This document shows, in pieces, positions 10,001 through 21,111 of a stretch of 64,000 bases of DNA. The position numbers were made by a program, and so were the translations under genes. Source of the stretch: Candidatus Latescibacterota bacterium (GTDB taxonomy: Bacteria > Latescibacterota > UBA2968); contig OZ240241.1 in assembly GCA_965198115.1 (NCBI GenBank), positions 352,001 to 416,000 on the forward strand, given 5' to 3'. The notes under the pieces were generated by a model. That model saw only the letters and a list, made by a program, of their open reading frames with translations, searched no databases and was not told the DNA's origin. Position 1 is the stretch's first letter; each line of letters begins with the position of its first letter.

Positions 10001-12357
10001 CCGATGTCGTCGTGACGGAAGGATGGCTCGATCGTCTGATGGCCCCGCTCAAGGCGGTGGACGACGTGGCCGCGACCGTGCCTTCTCTGCCGATCGGCCC
10101 GGACGGGCAGCGTGTGAAGATTCGCTACAAGAGCGTGAAGAAAGCGTTGACCCGATTCGCCAGGCAGCGGGCGGAAAAGGCAGAGACGTCCTTCGACATC
10201 GTGTCCGTGAGTCCGGCGTGCGTGGTTCTCCGGACGTCGGCTGTGAGGGCGCTGGGCGGGTTCGAGGCGACGATGACGACCGATGCCTTCATTGACGACC
10301 TGATCCGCCGCTTCGCGCAGCAGGGTCAACGGTCGATCTGTGTCCCGACGGCCTTCCTACACGCCGAGGGCGAGGATTCGACTCCGCTGGATGAAGCGCG
10401 TGAACGAAGGGCCGTGGCGGCGCTAAGTGCATGGTTTCATAAATATTATTACGTATGTTCTGAACATTATTTGTAGCTTATGTTCTCCTTCAAAAGGAGG
10501 AGAACAATGCCAAGACGTTCGCCTTATGTGGTGCTACTGTCTGAGAAGGAACGGGTCGACCTCGAGCGAATGGCTGGACAATATACGTTACCGTATTATA
10601 AAGTGATCCGATCGAAAATCGTGCTTCTCGCCGCCGAGGGATTATCCAACAAGATTATCGCCCAACGGTTGGATGTCCCGCGTCCGATCGTAAGCAAATG
10701 GCGTAAGCGCTTTTTCGAAGAGCGTCTTTCGGGACTCGAAGATAGATCTCGTCCCGGGCGCCCGCCCGGTTTTCCCCCCCTCAGGTGGTCGTTCAGATCA
10801 AGGCGCTGGCGTGTGAACTACCGAGCGAGAGCGGGATACCGCTCTCGCGGTTCAGCTGTTCCGAGATTGCCGCCGAGGCAGTGCAAAGGGGCTTCGTTGC
10901 CAAGATCAGCGGCGCCACTGTCTGGCGCTGGTTGAACGAGGACGCGATTCGTCCTTGGTATCATCGCTCCTGGATTTTCCCACGGGACCCGGACTTCCAA
11001 ACCAAAGCAGGTAGAGTCCTTGATCTGTATCACCGCCAATGGCAAGGAAAGCCTTTAGGGCCGAGGGAATATGTACTTTCTGCCGACGAAAAGACCAGTA
11101 TTCAAGCACGAGCTCGCAAGCACGTTACCCTACCGCCAGCCTCGAACAGAGCGGCACGCGTTGAAACACGAATACGAGCGGAAAGGAGCCCTGGCCTATC
11201 TGGCTGCTCTCGACGTGCACAATGGTCGAATCTTCGGTCTCTGTGAGTCTTCTTCGGGTATCGAGCCCTTCAACCGGCTCCTGAGCCTGATCATGAGCCG
11301 GAAACCCTATTGCTCGGCAAAGAAAGTCTACCTCATCGTGGATAATGGCTCCTCGCACCGAGGGCAAACATGCATCGACCGTATCCAGGGGAAGTGGCCA
11401 AACATCCACCCCGTTCACCTTCCGATCCACGCAAGCTGGCTCAATCAGATCGAGATCTACTTCTCGATCCTCAAACGCAAGGCTCTGACACCTATCGAAT
11501 TTGCATCGCTCGAAGAGCTTGAGGCAAGAATCCTCGGTTTTCAGGAACGCTACGGACGTATCGCCACACCCTTCAAATGGAAGTTCACACGAACAGATCT
11601 CGCGGAGATGATCGACAAACTCAGGTTCTACGATACGCCCTTGGCAAAGTCTGCTTAGAATACGTCACCGTATTTGAGAACAGGAGTACTAAGCGAAGGC
11701 GACGCATTTCGATCGCGGGGAGACCGGGAAGGCGCGATTGCCCTCTACCGGGAGGCGCTGGACCTGAAGCCGGGCTATCTGGAGGCGGCTTTGATCGCGT
11801 CGGCCGTGTTGCTCGAATTGGATCGTCCGCTGGAGGCTGCCGAACCGTTCGTCGTTCTGGAGGAACGGTATCCGGATTCTGCACGCGTGAAGAATTACCG
11901 TGGGCGATGTCTGTATCGAGCCGGAGAATCGACGGAGGCCCGAAGGCTGTTCGAAGAGGCCCTCGCGATTCAGCCCGATTTCGCCGAAGCGCTCGGAAAC
12001 CTGGGGGTGCTCTACTGGGAGAACGGCGATCTCGACAAGGCAGTCGAGTTCCTGGGTCGCGCCGCGGAAATCGCGCCGACCGATCCCGACATCGTCTACA
12101 ACGTCGGCATGGTCTATTCCCAGCTGGGCCAGACAGGCGAGGCCGTGAACGTCCTAACACATTTCATGTCACTCGAGACCGAGAACCTCGACGCACGCGT
12201 GCACCTGGCTGTACTGCTGATCGACACGGGTGAAGTCGAGCGAGGCGTCGAGCAACTCGAAATCGTTCTGGCCGAGCAGCCTGACCACGAAGATGCCCTA
12301 CGCGTTGTCGGCGACCTTCAGTCCATTCTGGATAGCGCGTCGGCTGACGAAACCTGA
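7015..12357 (+). pseudogene. giant methyltransferase + GT2 + GT4 + degenerate GT2 + TPR protein interrupted by IS630
   Basis: VLDAGCGSGYG (MTase), VDIVIPLYN..LVDNAS..FLNND (GT2), EGFGMPVAEAMACG (GT4). Removing the IS and one TAA copy rejoins ...AVAALSEGDAFRSRG... in frame to the TPR repeats at 11693-12357 (1358 aa). Confidence 0.88.
10427..11689 (+). mobile_element. IS630-family element (orfA/orfB transposase 10507-11658)
   Basis: Imperfect 29-bp terminal IRs, TAA duplicated at 10424-26 and 11690-92; HTH orfA, TTTTCCCCCCC shift motif, SADEKT/DNGSSH/WLNQIE DDE motifs; extra frameshift ~11166. Confidence 0.92.
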
Positions 12358-12388
12358 ACAGACATCCCGAAAATTCTTCGAGGAACCC

Positions 12389-13550
12389 ATGACCATCCCA
12401 GCGGTGGACCTGAAAGCCCAGTATGCGACGCTGAAGCCCGAAATCGACCGAGCCGTTCAAGACGTGATCGATTCCACGACGTTCATCCTCGGGCCCGCCG
12501 TAGAGGCGTTTGAAGAAGCCTTCGCAGCCTACCACGGGGTCAGGCACTGCGTGGGTGTCAGCAACGGGACGGACGCGTTGTCGATGACCCTTCTGGCTGC
12601 GGGTGTCGAGCCGGGTGATGAGGTGATCACTTCGCCCAATACTTTGGAGCGACGCTCGAGGCCATCTGCCACGTCGGCGCCACACCCGTTCTGGTCGACA
12701 TCGATCCTGCATACTATACCCTCGACGTGTCGAAAATCGAGGCTGCCTTGACCGAACGCACACGCGCGATTCTACCGGTACACATCTATGGGCACGCTGT
12801 CGACATGGACCCTCTCGTGGCGCTTGCCGAGCATCACGGGCTGAAAGTGATCGAAGACTGTGCGCAGGCCCACGGGGCGCTGTATCGTGAACGAACGGTC
12901 GGGACGATCGGCCACGCGGGGTGCTTCAGCTTTTACCCGGGCAAGAATCTCGGGGCCTACGGTGATGCCGGTGGTGTCGTTACGGACGACGATTACCTGG
13001 CGGATCGGCTCAGAATGCTGCGAAACCACGGTCAGACGGCGGGTGGCCACAAGTTCTACTACCATCACGTCGGGTATAACAACCGAATGGACGGTATCCA
13101 GGGCGCCGTGTTGAACGTCAAACTTCCGCACCTCGACTTCTGGAACGCCGCTCGCCAGGATCGGGCCGCGCACTATACGGAGGTGCTTTCGGGCATTCCC
13201 CACTGGCCTTGCCGAGGGCGGCCGATTGGGCGGATCATGTGTATCATCTGTATGTGATGGAGACCGAAGGGCGTGATGCGCTCCAGGAGGCCCTCGCTCG
13301 CGAGGGGATCGCCACAGGTGTGCAGTATCCATTTCTCGTACATCTGACCCCGGCCTATGGTTACCTCGGATACGGTGCCGGCGACCTGCCACATTACGAG
13401 ACGGCCTGCCGACGCATCATTTCGCTACCCATGTACCCCGAACTGACCCACTCGCAGATCGACACCGTTGCCGCATGCATTCGGCAGCACCTGAGGGCCG
13501 CACCCCCTGCGGGATCCGCCGAGACGGTCGAAGCGGGTGTCGCGGCCTGA
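12389..13550 (+). pseudogene. DegT/DnrJ/EryC1/StrS sugar aminotransferase, two frameshifts (~12645, ~13203)
   Basis: IPAVDLKAQY, SNGTDAL, IEDCAQAHGA, SFYPGKNLGAYGDAG, ISLPMYPEL in three frames. Confidence 0.88.
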
Positions 13551-14101
13551 GCGTAGCCAACGGCCCGCGCATCGAGGGCGATCGCGTCAGCCTCGGTCCG
13601 TTCGAGGGGCCGTTCTGGTCCCTGGGGTTACTCTGGTACAACGATCCTGTCATTGTCGATCTCACATCCGATGATCCGTCCGAGCTGACCGAAGAGCAGT
13701 TTCGACAGACGATCGAATCCGACCTGCATCACGAGAGATCGATCGTTTTCGGAATCAGCGTCAAAGAAGAAGGCCGTCCGATTGGCATCGGTGTTCTCCG
13801 CAACCTCGATCCGGTTCACCGTGGGTGCGATCTTCACATCACGCTCGGTCCCGAAGACGCGCGTGGGAAGGGGCTGGGTGCGGAAGCGATCGTGTTGATG
13901 CGAGACCACGCTTTCGGCGCCGGTATGCACAAGGTGATGTCGACCCCCTTTTCGAAAAATCCCCAAATGATCCGGTGTTTGGAAAAATGCGGGTTCGAGC
14001 GGGAAGGCGTACTCCGCGACGCCCTTCTCCAGGGGGATCGGTTCATCGATGTTACTCTGATGGCGGCCATCAACCCGAATGAAAGACCTATCAGTGAGTA
14101 A
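13547..14101 (+). CDS. GNAT (RimJ/RimL, PseH-like) N-acetyltransferase
   Basis: RGKGLGAEAI, N..MIRCLEKCGFEREGVLR motifs; start uncertain (in-frame CTG overlapping the upstream TGA). Confidence 0.8.
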   Translation: MSVANGPRIEGDRVSLGPFEGPFWSLGLLWYNDPVIVDLTSDDPSELTEEQFRQTIESDLHHERSIVFGISVKEEGRPIGIGVLRNLDPVHRGCDLHITLGPEDARGKGLGAEAIVLMRDHAFGAGMHKVMSTPFSKNPQMIRCLEKCGFEREGVLRDALLQGDRFIDVTLMAAINPNERPISE

Positions 14102-17059
14102 GAAGACTCTATCACTCTGCATGATCGCGAAGGACGAAGCGTCCTTCCTCGAGCAGTGCCTGGCGGTGGCGGCTTCACACGTCGATGAAATCATCGTCGT
14201 AGACACGGGCTCGAGCGACGACACAACCCGAGTTGCGGAAGCGGCGGGGGCAAATGTGTCCACGTTTGCGTGGGTCGATGATTTTGCCGCGCCCGAAATG
14301 CCTCGTTGGAGGCCGCATCGGGGGATTGGATTCTTCTGCTCGATTGCGACGAGCTGATCGCCGAACGCGACTGGCATCGCGTCCACGAGGCGACGGGATC
14401 AGAAGGCGTGACCGGGTATCGTCTGACGACACGGAACTATGCGAAGGACCCACACCGCGTGGGGTTCGTGGCGACGGACGGCCAATATGGAGAAGCGAAA
14501 GCCTACCCAGGCTGGTTTCCGACGACGAAGGTCCGCCTGTTCCGGAACGACGACCGGATCCGATTCGTCGGCGCGCTGCACGAACTGGTCGAAACGTCAA
14601 TCGAGCAAATCGGAGGAAGGATCGACGACCTCGAGGTGCCCGTCCATCACTACGGGTATGTTGAAAAGGACCGTCCGACGACGCAGTATGTGGCGAGCGC
14701 GCGAATGAAGGCGGATCAGATGGCCGATAGCGTGGCCGCCCACTACGAACTCGCGCTGGCGCTGAGAGACGACAGTCAGCTTCCCGAAGCAGAGCAGGCG
14801 ATCGAGCGATGTCTGGCCCTGATCGAGAAAGGGGCCGACCCGGGGCCCTATGTCAGGCCCGCGTTTGCTTATCTCGTCGCAGGCGACGTTGCGGGACAGC
14901 CCGAGAAGAATGCGGAAGCCCGGCGCCACTACGAACGCGCGATGGAGATCGACGAGGCCTGTTTTCAGGCGATGAACAACCTGGGGACGATTCGTCTCAG
15001 GGAGGGTGGGCTCGACGATGCCGAGAGACTCTACGAGCGTGCACAGAGGCTCGCGCCCGACGTGCCTGCGATTCAGGAAAACCTGCGTCGTGTCAGGGCG
15101 AGGCGCGAAAAGGAGAACGGTATGGCAGAGGGAGGACGGCTCACGCTCTGCATGATCGCGGGAAATGAGGAGGAACGGCTTCCCCGCTGCCTGGAGAGCG
15201 TTCAGGGTCTGGTCGACGAGATTGTCGTGGTCGACACGGGTTCGACGGATCGCACGGTCGAAATCGCGGAGTCTTTTGGTGCGACGCTTGGCACCTTCGA
15301 GTGGTGCGACAACTGGTCGGCCGCGCGAAACGAGTCCATCAAGCTGGCCACTGGCGATTGGATTATGTGGCTGGACCCGGACGATATCCTGCCGACGGAG
15401 ATGCACACCAAGATTCGCGAAGCCATGGCGCGGGGTCGTGGTGGCAAGACCGCCTACTTCTTCGTGCTGGACGATCAGGGCTACGAACCGGTGACGTGTC
15501 TGCAGCTGCGGCTGTTTCCGAACGTGCCGGGCGTCGAGTTTTCGCAGCCCGTTCACGAGCAGCTGACGCCTTCGCTCGCGAAGTTGGGAATCACGTGCGA
15601 GCCGACGGACATCAGGATCGTACATACGGGCTACACGACGCCCGAGGTGGTCCGTACCAAGCAGGAGAAGTATCACGGGATCATGGTAAAGTGGCTGGAA
15701 ACTCATCCGGACGACTACATCGTGCGATCCCACGTGGCTCAGACGTATTACGTGTGGGGTGACCTGGACAAGTCGATCGAGAACTACGAAAGGATCATCG
15801 AGGACAGCGCCTGCAACGAGGATCACAACCTGATCATCGAGACGACGGCGAGCCTTTTTCTGGGCCGATGCCTGATGCGGAAGGGCGCGAACGACGCCGC
15901 ACTCGAGCAGCTCGAGCGAGCCCACGCCCTGGACGACCAGTGTGCGATGACGAACCTCACGCTCGGGGAGTGCTACGGACGTCTCGGCGCTCACGAGCGG
16001 GCCCTGAACGCGTTGGATCAGGCCCAGGCCTACGAGACACAGGTGACGTTCTCCGCGGTCGATCCCCTCGCGATTCGCTACTCCATCCGGTTTGCAAGAG
16101 GCCAGAGTCTCGAGGCACTGGAGCGATTGGAAGCAGCGGCTTCGGCCTACGAGGAGGCCAGCCGGATCGATCCAAAACGAACAGGAGCTCTGGGAGCGCT
16201 CTCAACGGTGTTGCGGAGGTTGGGGAGGCGAGAAGCCGCGGTCGAGGCACTGGACCGCGCACTCGAAGTCGATCCCGACGACGCGAAGCACGTGTTCAAC
16301 CGTGGTACCTACCATCTGGAGGCTGGGGAGGAGGCGGAAGCTCGGGCCAAGTTCGTTCGAGCACGCGAACTCGACCCCACGATGCACGAGCCCTACCTCA
16401 ATCTGGGCTTCCTGGCGCGGCGGTCGGGCAAGCAGGATGAGGCGGAGGCTCTTTATCGAAGGGCGGCCGAGTTCGATGAGGGTGCCTTCGAGGCCAATTC
16501 CAACCTGGGCCATCTGCTCATCGACCAGAGCCGCTACGCCGATGCCGCCGAAGCCTTTGTGGCCTCGAGAGCCAACCGGGACGGCTTGCTGGACATCGAC
16601 CTGGGTCTTTGCGCGTCCTATTGTGGACTGCAGAATATCGATGCTGCCATCGCCCTGCTGCCCGGTATCCTGACAGCCGTTTACGAGGGGGGTCTGGGAG
16701 GTGGAATCCCCCCGGAAATGTCCCGTGAGGCCGTGGCACAGCTGCTGGCCGAATCCGGGCGGATGTTGATCGAAAAGCAGCTGGTTCCGTGCGGGCGACT
16801 CGCCTATCTGGGCGCCTACCTGGCGGACCCAGGGTCGGTGCACTATGGGCTGCAGCTGGCTGAGATTTACAACGCGACGGGGCAGACGTGGTTGGCGGTC
16901 GAGGTTTACGAAATGCTGATTCAGTCGTTCCCGACCGAGCCGGAGCTGTTCAGAAAGCTGGGGGCGAGCTATTCCGCGCTGGGTGCCGCGGAGTCCGCCG
17001 AGATGTGCGAGCGCCAGGTCCAGGCCCTCGGGGGAGCGATTTCGGGCACATCCGGCTAA
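14094..17059 (+). pseudogene. tandem GT2-TPR-GT2-TPR flagellin-associated glycosyltransferase, frameshift ~14292
   Basis: Two LSLCMI..E..L..CL..VDEIIVVDTGS.D.T / W.D..AARN / LD.D / VHE GT2 units, each followed by TPR helices; directly upstream of the flagellins. Confidence 0.85.
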
Positions 17060-17083
17060 GCTCCCAATCCACAAGATCTTATG

Positions 17084-17117
17084 AACGCTCCGACAGCGAT
17101 GTCGGGGCGTTTTTTTT
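17084..17117 (+). terminator. Rho-independent terminator
   Basis: AACGCTCCGACA-GCGA-TGTCGGGGCGTT stem running into a T8 tract after the GT gene. Confidence 0.85.
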
Positions 17118-17230
17118 GCCCGGGGGTGGGAAATGTCTTCCCCCGCCAGAGGCTGAACGGATTCCGTGTTATGTATATAAAATAATTATAAACAGTATGT
17201 TATACTGTTTTCGGGTGATGCTCCTGCACG

Positions 17231-17245
17231 TGGCACAGGCATTGC
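17231..17245 (+). promoter_or_regulatory. sigma54 (RpoN) -24/-12 promoter of flagellin 1
   Basis: TGGCAC-AGGCA-TTGC matches TGGCAC-N5-TTGC; AT-rich (IHF-like) tract at ~17170-17210 upstream. Confidence 0.8.
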
Positions 17246-17339
17246 GAAAGCAATCGGGTGTATCGGTGCCCCTGCGACGGATCGCGCCGGACCAGGGATT
17301 GGGCCGGAGGGACACCGGAATCCCCGGAGGTTAGAACCC

Positions 17340-18493
17340 ATGCCGCTTCGCGTAAACAACAACATCACCGCTATCACGGCGCGTCGAGCACTTGGCGTGA
17401 ACAGCCGAACGCTCGCCACACGCATCGAACGGTTGTCGACCGGTCTCCGGATCAATCGCGCCGCGGACGATGCAGCTGGTCTGGCGATCAGCGAAGGGAT
17501 GCGTGCCGAGATCGGCGGGCTGACTCAAGGCGTTTGGAACGCCGAGCAGGCCACGAACCTGTCTCAGGTCGCAGAAGGTGCACTGAATCAAGTTTCGGCG
17601 ATGCTGGTCCGGATGCGTGAGCTGGCCGTTTAGGCCGCTTCGTCGACGGTGAACAACACCAACCGAGAGAATCTCCAGGCCGAATTTGCCCAGCTGGTGG
17701 CCGAAATCGACCGTGTTGCGCTGTCGACATCCTACAACAACACCGTGCTGCTGACGGGCTTTGGCAATACGATCAGCCAAACCCAATCGACGGCTCTGAC
17801 GGCCAGCGCGACGACGGGCGTGGCGGGTGTCACCCTGTCTGGGGCAGAAGCCAGCACCTACGTCTTCATCGACAGCGACCCCACTGACAACCAGATCACC
17901 GTCGGGAACGGGATTGCCACGCAGACGATCGACATCGGTCGATCCTCGACAACGACGCTATTGGTGGGGTTGTGGCTACGGGCACGACGGCGGTGGCCAA
18001 CTTCGACCGCGTGGGAATCATCCTGAATCTGGACGATCGCTACCGCGACGGAGACCTGGACGGACAGACGATTGTCGTCGACAACGGCACGGGCGGCTCG
18101 TTCCAGGTGGGTCCCGACAACAAGGTGGTCGATCGAATCGAATTCGGTCTGGACGACATGCGAGCGAGCGGCACAGAGTTGAACCTGAATGCGACGTCGA
18201 TCGCGACGCTGGAGAGTGCGAGGAGCTCGATTCCCTTTCTGGACCTAGCGATCGAACGTGTGGCTTCCGAGCGTGCGGACATCGGCGCTATCCAGAACAG
18301 GCTTGCGTTTACGGTCGCATCGGCCAACAACGCCATCGAAAACATCCAGGCTTCCGAGTCGTCGATCCGCGATGCGGACGTGGCCTCGGAAGTGTCCGAA
18401 TTCACTCGAGCACAGATCCTGACTCAGGCGGCGACGGCCGTCCTCGCGCAGGCGAATGCCCTGCCGCAAACGGCACTGTCGCTCCTCCAGTAG
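17340..18493 (+). pseudogene. fliC: flagellin 1 with in-frame TAG (17631-33) and frameshift ~17941
   Basis: LRVNNN..ERLSTGLRINRAADDAAGLAISE, RMRELAV*, GAIQNRL..SIRDADVASEVSEFTRAQILTQA; the paralog has CAG at the stop position. Confidence 0.92.
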
Positions 18494-18700
18494 AGCTGAT
18501 TTCGACCTCTATATAATGAAGGTGACTGATGCTGAGAGTGATGCTGAAACATACGTCGAGGTCGGGACGAGCGCCCGATCTCCCGATTCACCGGTCAAAA
18601 CCCGGGATTCGTGAGATTCTGCTGAACGGATACGACGCGATCCAGCGAACCCCGTTCGGGAAGTCTTCGCTCGACCTCGTGAGTCACCTGAAGAAAAGCC

Positions 18701-18728
18701 TAAAGTGAAAGCCTGATCTGGGCGATAC
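18701..18728 (+). promoter_or_regulatory. sigma28 (FliA/SigD)-type promoter, distal
   Basis: TAAA-N16-GGCGATAC. Confidence 0.55.
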
Positions 18729-18997
18729 TTGGTATATGAAGATATACTAAGTCATACAAAGAAGTTTCTGGTTTTGGCCGGGTGGGCATTGCGAAAACCT
18801 CCGAACAACCGCCTGTCCGTGGGAAGCCTGGCCTCGATTTTTAGAACGGAATATTTCTCGCCTAGAAAAAGGAGCTTTCACGACTGAATAAACGCTCTCT
18901 GAAAACTCGACCGGTGGCTGCGATCCTCCAGGCATCGGGGACTCTGACCGGAGTCGTCAAACCCTGCCGAATTGTGCCTCTAACTGGCAAAAATGGT

Positions 18998-19025
18998 TAA
19001 AGGTTGTTTCTGCGTCTGTCGATAC
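18998..19025 (+). promoter_or_regulatory. sigma28-type promoter of flagellin 2
   Basis: TAAA-N16-GTCGATAC, same spacing as the distal copy. Confidence 0.65.
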
Positions 19026-19183
19026 ATAGACAAAAGGCACAACCAATATCTACATACCTGGCCAGTTTAAGGAGGTGACGCAAATCAGGCTATTCGTTAG
19101 GGATTTTTGGCCGATTTCCGGCTTTTTCACGTTTTGCTGCAGTCCCCTGACCAATCTTGACCGGTTTCCCACGGACCGGTCCT

Positions 19184-19197
19184 CGGCAAGGATGCCG
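19184..19197 (+). promoter_or_regulatory. CsrA-type binding hairpin in the flagellin 2 leader
   Basis: CGGCA-AGGA-TGCCG stem with GGA loop, upstream of SD ACAAGGAGG. Confidence 0.65.
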
Positions 19198-19239
19198 TAA
19201 CGGTCTCAGATTTTTGAGACAAACAAGGAGGTTTTCGCA

Positions 19240-20431
19240 ATGCCACTCCGAGTCAACACGAACCTTCCGTCGATTAACGTCCGGCGGATTCTGAACATCA
19301 ACAACCGGGATCTCGCAACCCGGATCGAGCGTCTCTCGTCCGGTCTGCGAATCAACCGGGCAGCCGACGATGCGGCCGGTTTGAGCGTATCGGAAGGTAT
19401 GCGGGCTGAAGTTGGTGGTCTGAGCCAGGCGGTTCGTAACGCCGAACAGGCCACGAACCTGATTCAGACCGCTGAAGGCGCGCTGAACGAAGTCAACGCG
19501 ATCCTCATCCGGATGCGCGAACTGGCCGTTCAGTCCTCGTCTTCGACGGTCAACAACAGCAACCGTGAATCGCTGAACGCCGAGTATGTTCAGCTGATCA
19601 ACGAAATCGATCGTATCGGGACGGTGACGTCCTACAACAACCAGGTCCTGCTGACGGGATTTGGGAACGTGGTGAGCATCGACCCGACCGTTTCGACGGC
19701 GCTTGCGTCGCCGACGACGGGTGTGGTTGCCCAGGCCATTTCGGGCGCCACGAACGGGACGTATCTCTTCACCGACGCAACAGGCGACCGTGAGATCACG
19801 CTCGGTAACGGGGTGGCCACACAGACCATCGACATCGGCCCCGCGCTCGACGCGGACACCACCGGGTGGTGTGGTCGCCACGGGCAGCTCGATCATCGCC
19901 AACTTCGACCGCCTGGGTGTTCAGCTGACGCTGAGCGGCCAGAAGGGGGCCGAAGGTAACAATCCGGCGACAGACGGCTACCGGGACGGCGACCTGACCG
20001 GAGCGATCCTCCAGATCGATTCCGGGACGGGTGGCCAATTCCAGGTCGGTCCGCGCGACGGGGCGGTTAACCGCATCGAGGTGAGCATCGCCGACATGCG
20101 TGCCACCGGCGTTATACTGAACTTGGGGAGTACGACGGTCGGGGATGCGCCAACAGCCCAGACCTCGATCACGAGCATCGACCTGGCCATCACGAACGTG
20201 GCTCAACAGCGTGGTGACCTCGGTGCGTTCCAGAACAGACTGGCCTTCAATATCCGGGCCAACGAGAACGCCATCGAGAACATCACGGCGTCCGAGTCCT
20301 CGATCCGTGATGCGGATGTCGCATCTGAAGTCTCGGCCTTCACGCGGTCACAGATCCTGGTCCAGTCGGGTACAGCCCTCCTGGCTCAGGCGAATGTGTT
20401 GCCGCAGAACGCTCTGTCACTGTTCGGGTAA
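19240..20431 (+). pseudogene. fliC: flagellin 2, single +1 frameshift ~19865 (396 aa if repaired)
   Basis: LRVNTN..ERLSSGLRINRAADDAAG, IRMRELAVQS, GAFQNRL..IRDADVASEV..LAQAN; strong SD. Confidence 0.92.
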
Positions 20432-20451
20432 TAGCCCGACGTTGACTTTTT

Positions 20452-20485
20452 GGGCGGTCGCGGCGTGAACACGTCGCGACCGCTC
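20452..20485 (+). terminator. strong hairpin after flagellin 2 (terminator or stabiliser)
   Basis: GGGCGGTCGCGGCGTG-AA-CACGTCGCGACCGCTC; weak U tail. Confidence 0.5.
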
Positions 20486-20532
20486 TTACACCGAAACACT
20501 CCGATAGTGTCGACACGTTCTAACGCGAGGTA

Positions 20533-20895
20533 ATGGGAATGGACACGGTAATCAACGCACTTTATAGCGTCGCGCTGCGACCGCAGCGTGCCGACGGTTC
20601 CGCCCCGACCTCCGAGCGACAGGATGAGCGCGAGACACGTTCAAGTGAGGGGCAACTGTCGAGGCCAGTCGAAGCGCCGAAGGTAAAAGAAGCGGCAAGC
20701 CGCCTGAACAAGGCGCTCGAGGCACTCAACAGAAATCTGGCGATTTCGGTCCACGAAGATTCCGGTAAGCTGATCGTCGAGGTGACCGACCCCGGTACGG
20801 GTGAGATTGTTCGTCAGATTCCTCCAGAGCGAGTCCTGGAGGTCGAGGAAAGTATCGACAACATTGTTGGCCTGTTCGTCAACGACGTGGCCTGA
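20533..20895 (+). CDS. flaG: flagellar protein FlaG
   Basis: L.ISVHEDSG..IVEV.D..TGEIVRQIPPE motif, located between flagellin and fliD. Confidence 0.92.
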   Translation: MGMDTVINALYSVALRPQRADGSAPTSERQDERETRSSEGQLSRPVEAPKVKEAASRLNKALEALNRNLAISVHEDSGKLIVEVTDPGTGEIVRQIPPERVLEVEESIDNIVGLFVNDVA

Positions 20896-21016
20896 AGAAA
20901 CACTGAGAGGAGGATGGGCAGGATGCCCCTCCTCTCTTAGCTTTACGCTGCAGGGAAGCAGCGGACACCTTTCGAACGCGGAACGGAAGGCGTCCGCGCT
21001 TTGCTGTACATAGCAG

Positions 21017-21043
21017 TCAAGTTTTCTACTGACTTGCCGATGA
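21017..21043 (+). promoter_or_regulatory. sigma28-type promoter of fliD
   Basis: TCAAG-N14-GCCGATGA. Confidence 0.7.
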
Positions 21044-21111
21044 GTAGAGAGACGCACGTTCTCTGTGCGTCAACGGGGCAATACCGACACCGCTTGTAAG
21101 ATGGAGGCCGT

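Noticed and set aside
17631-17633. amber recoding (pyrrolysine or TAG reassignment) in flagellin 1
   Set aside because: Single CAG>TAG change in a gene that also has a frameshift; TAG terminates other genes here (e.g. 18491, 46019)
18775-18792. second sigma54 promoter
   Set aside because: GG-N10-GC spacing is not satisfied (CG at the -24 position)
19035-19090. c-di-GMP-I riboswitch in the flagellin 2 leader (GGCACAACC...GGTGACGCAAA)
   Set aside because: No GNRA-capped helix between the motifs and no recognisable second stem
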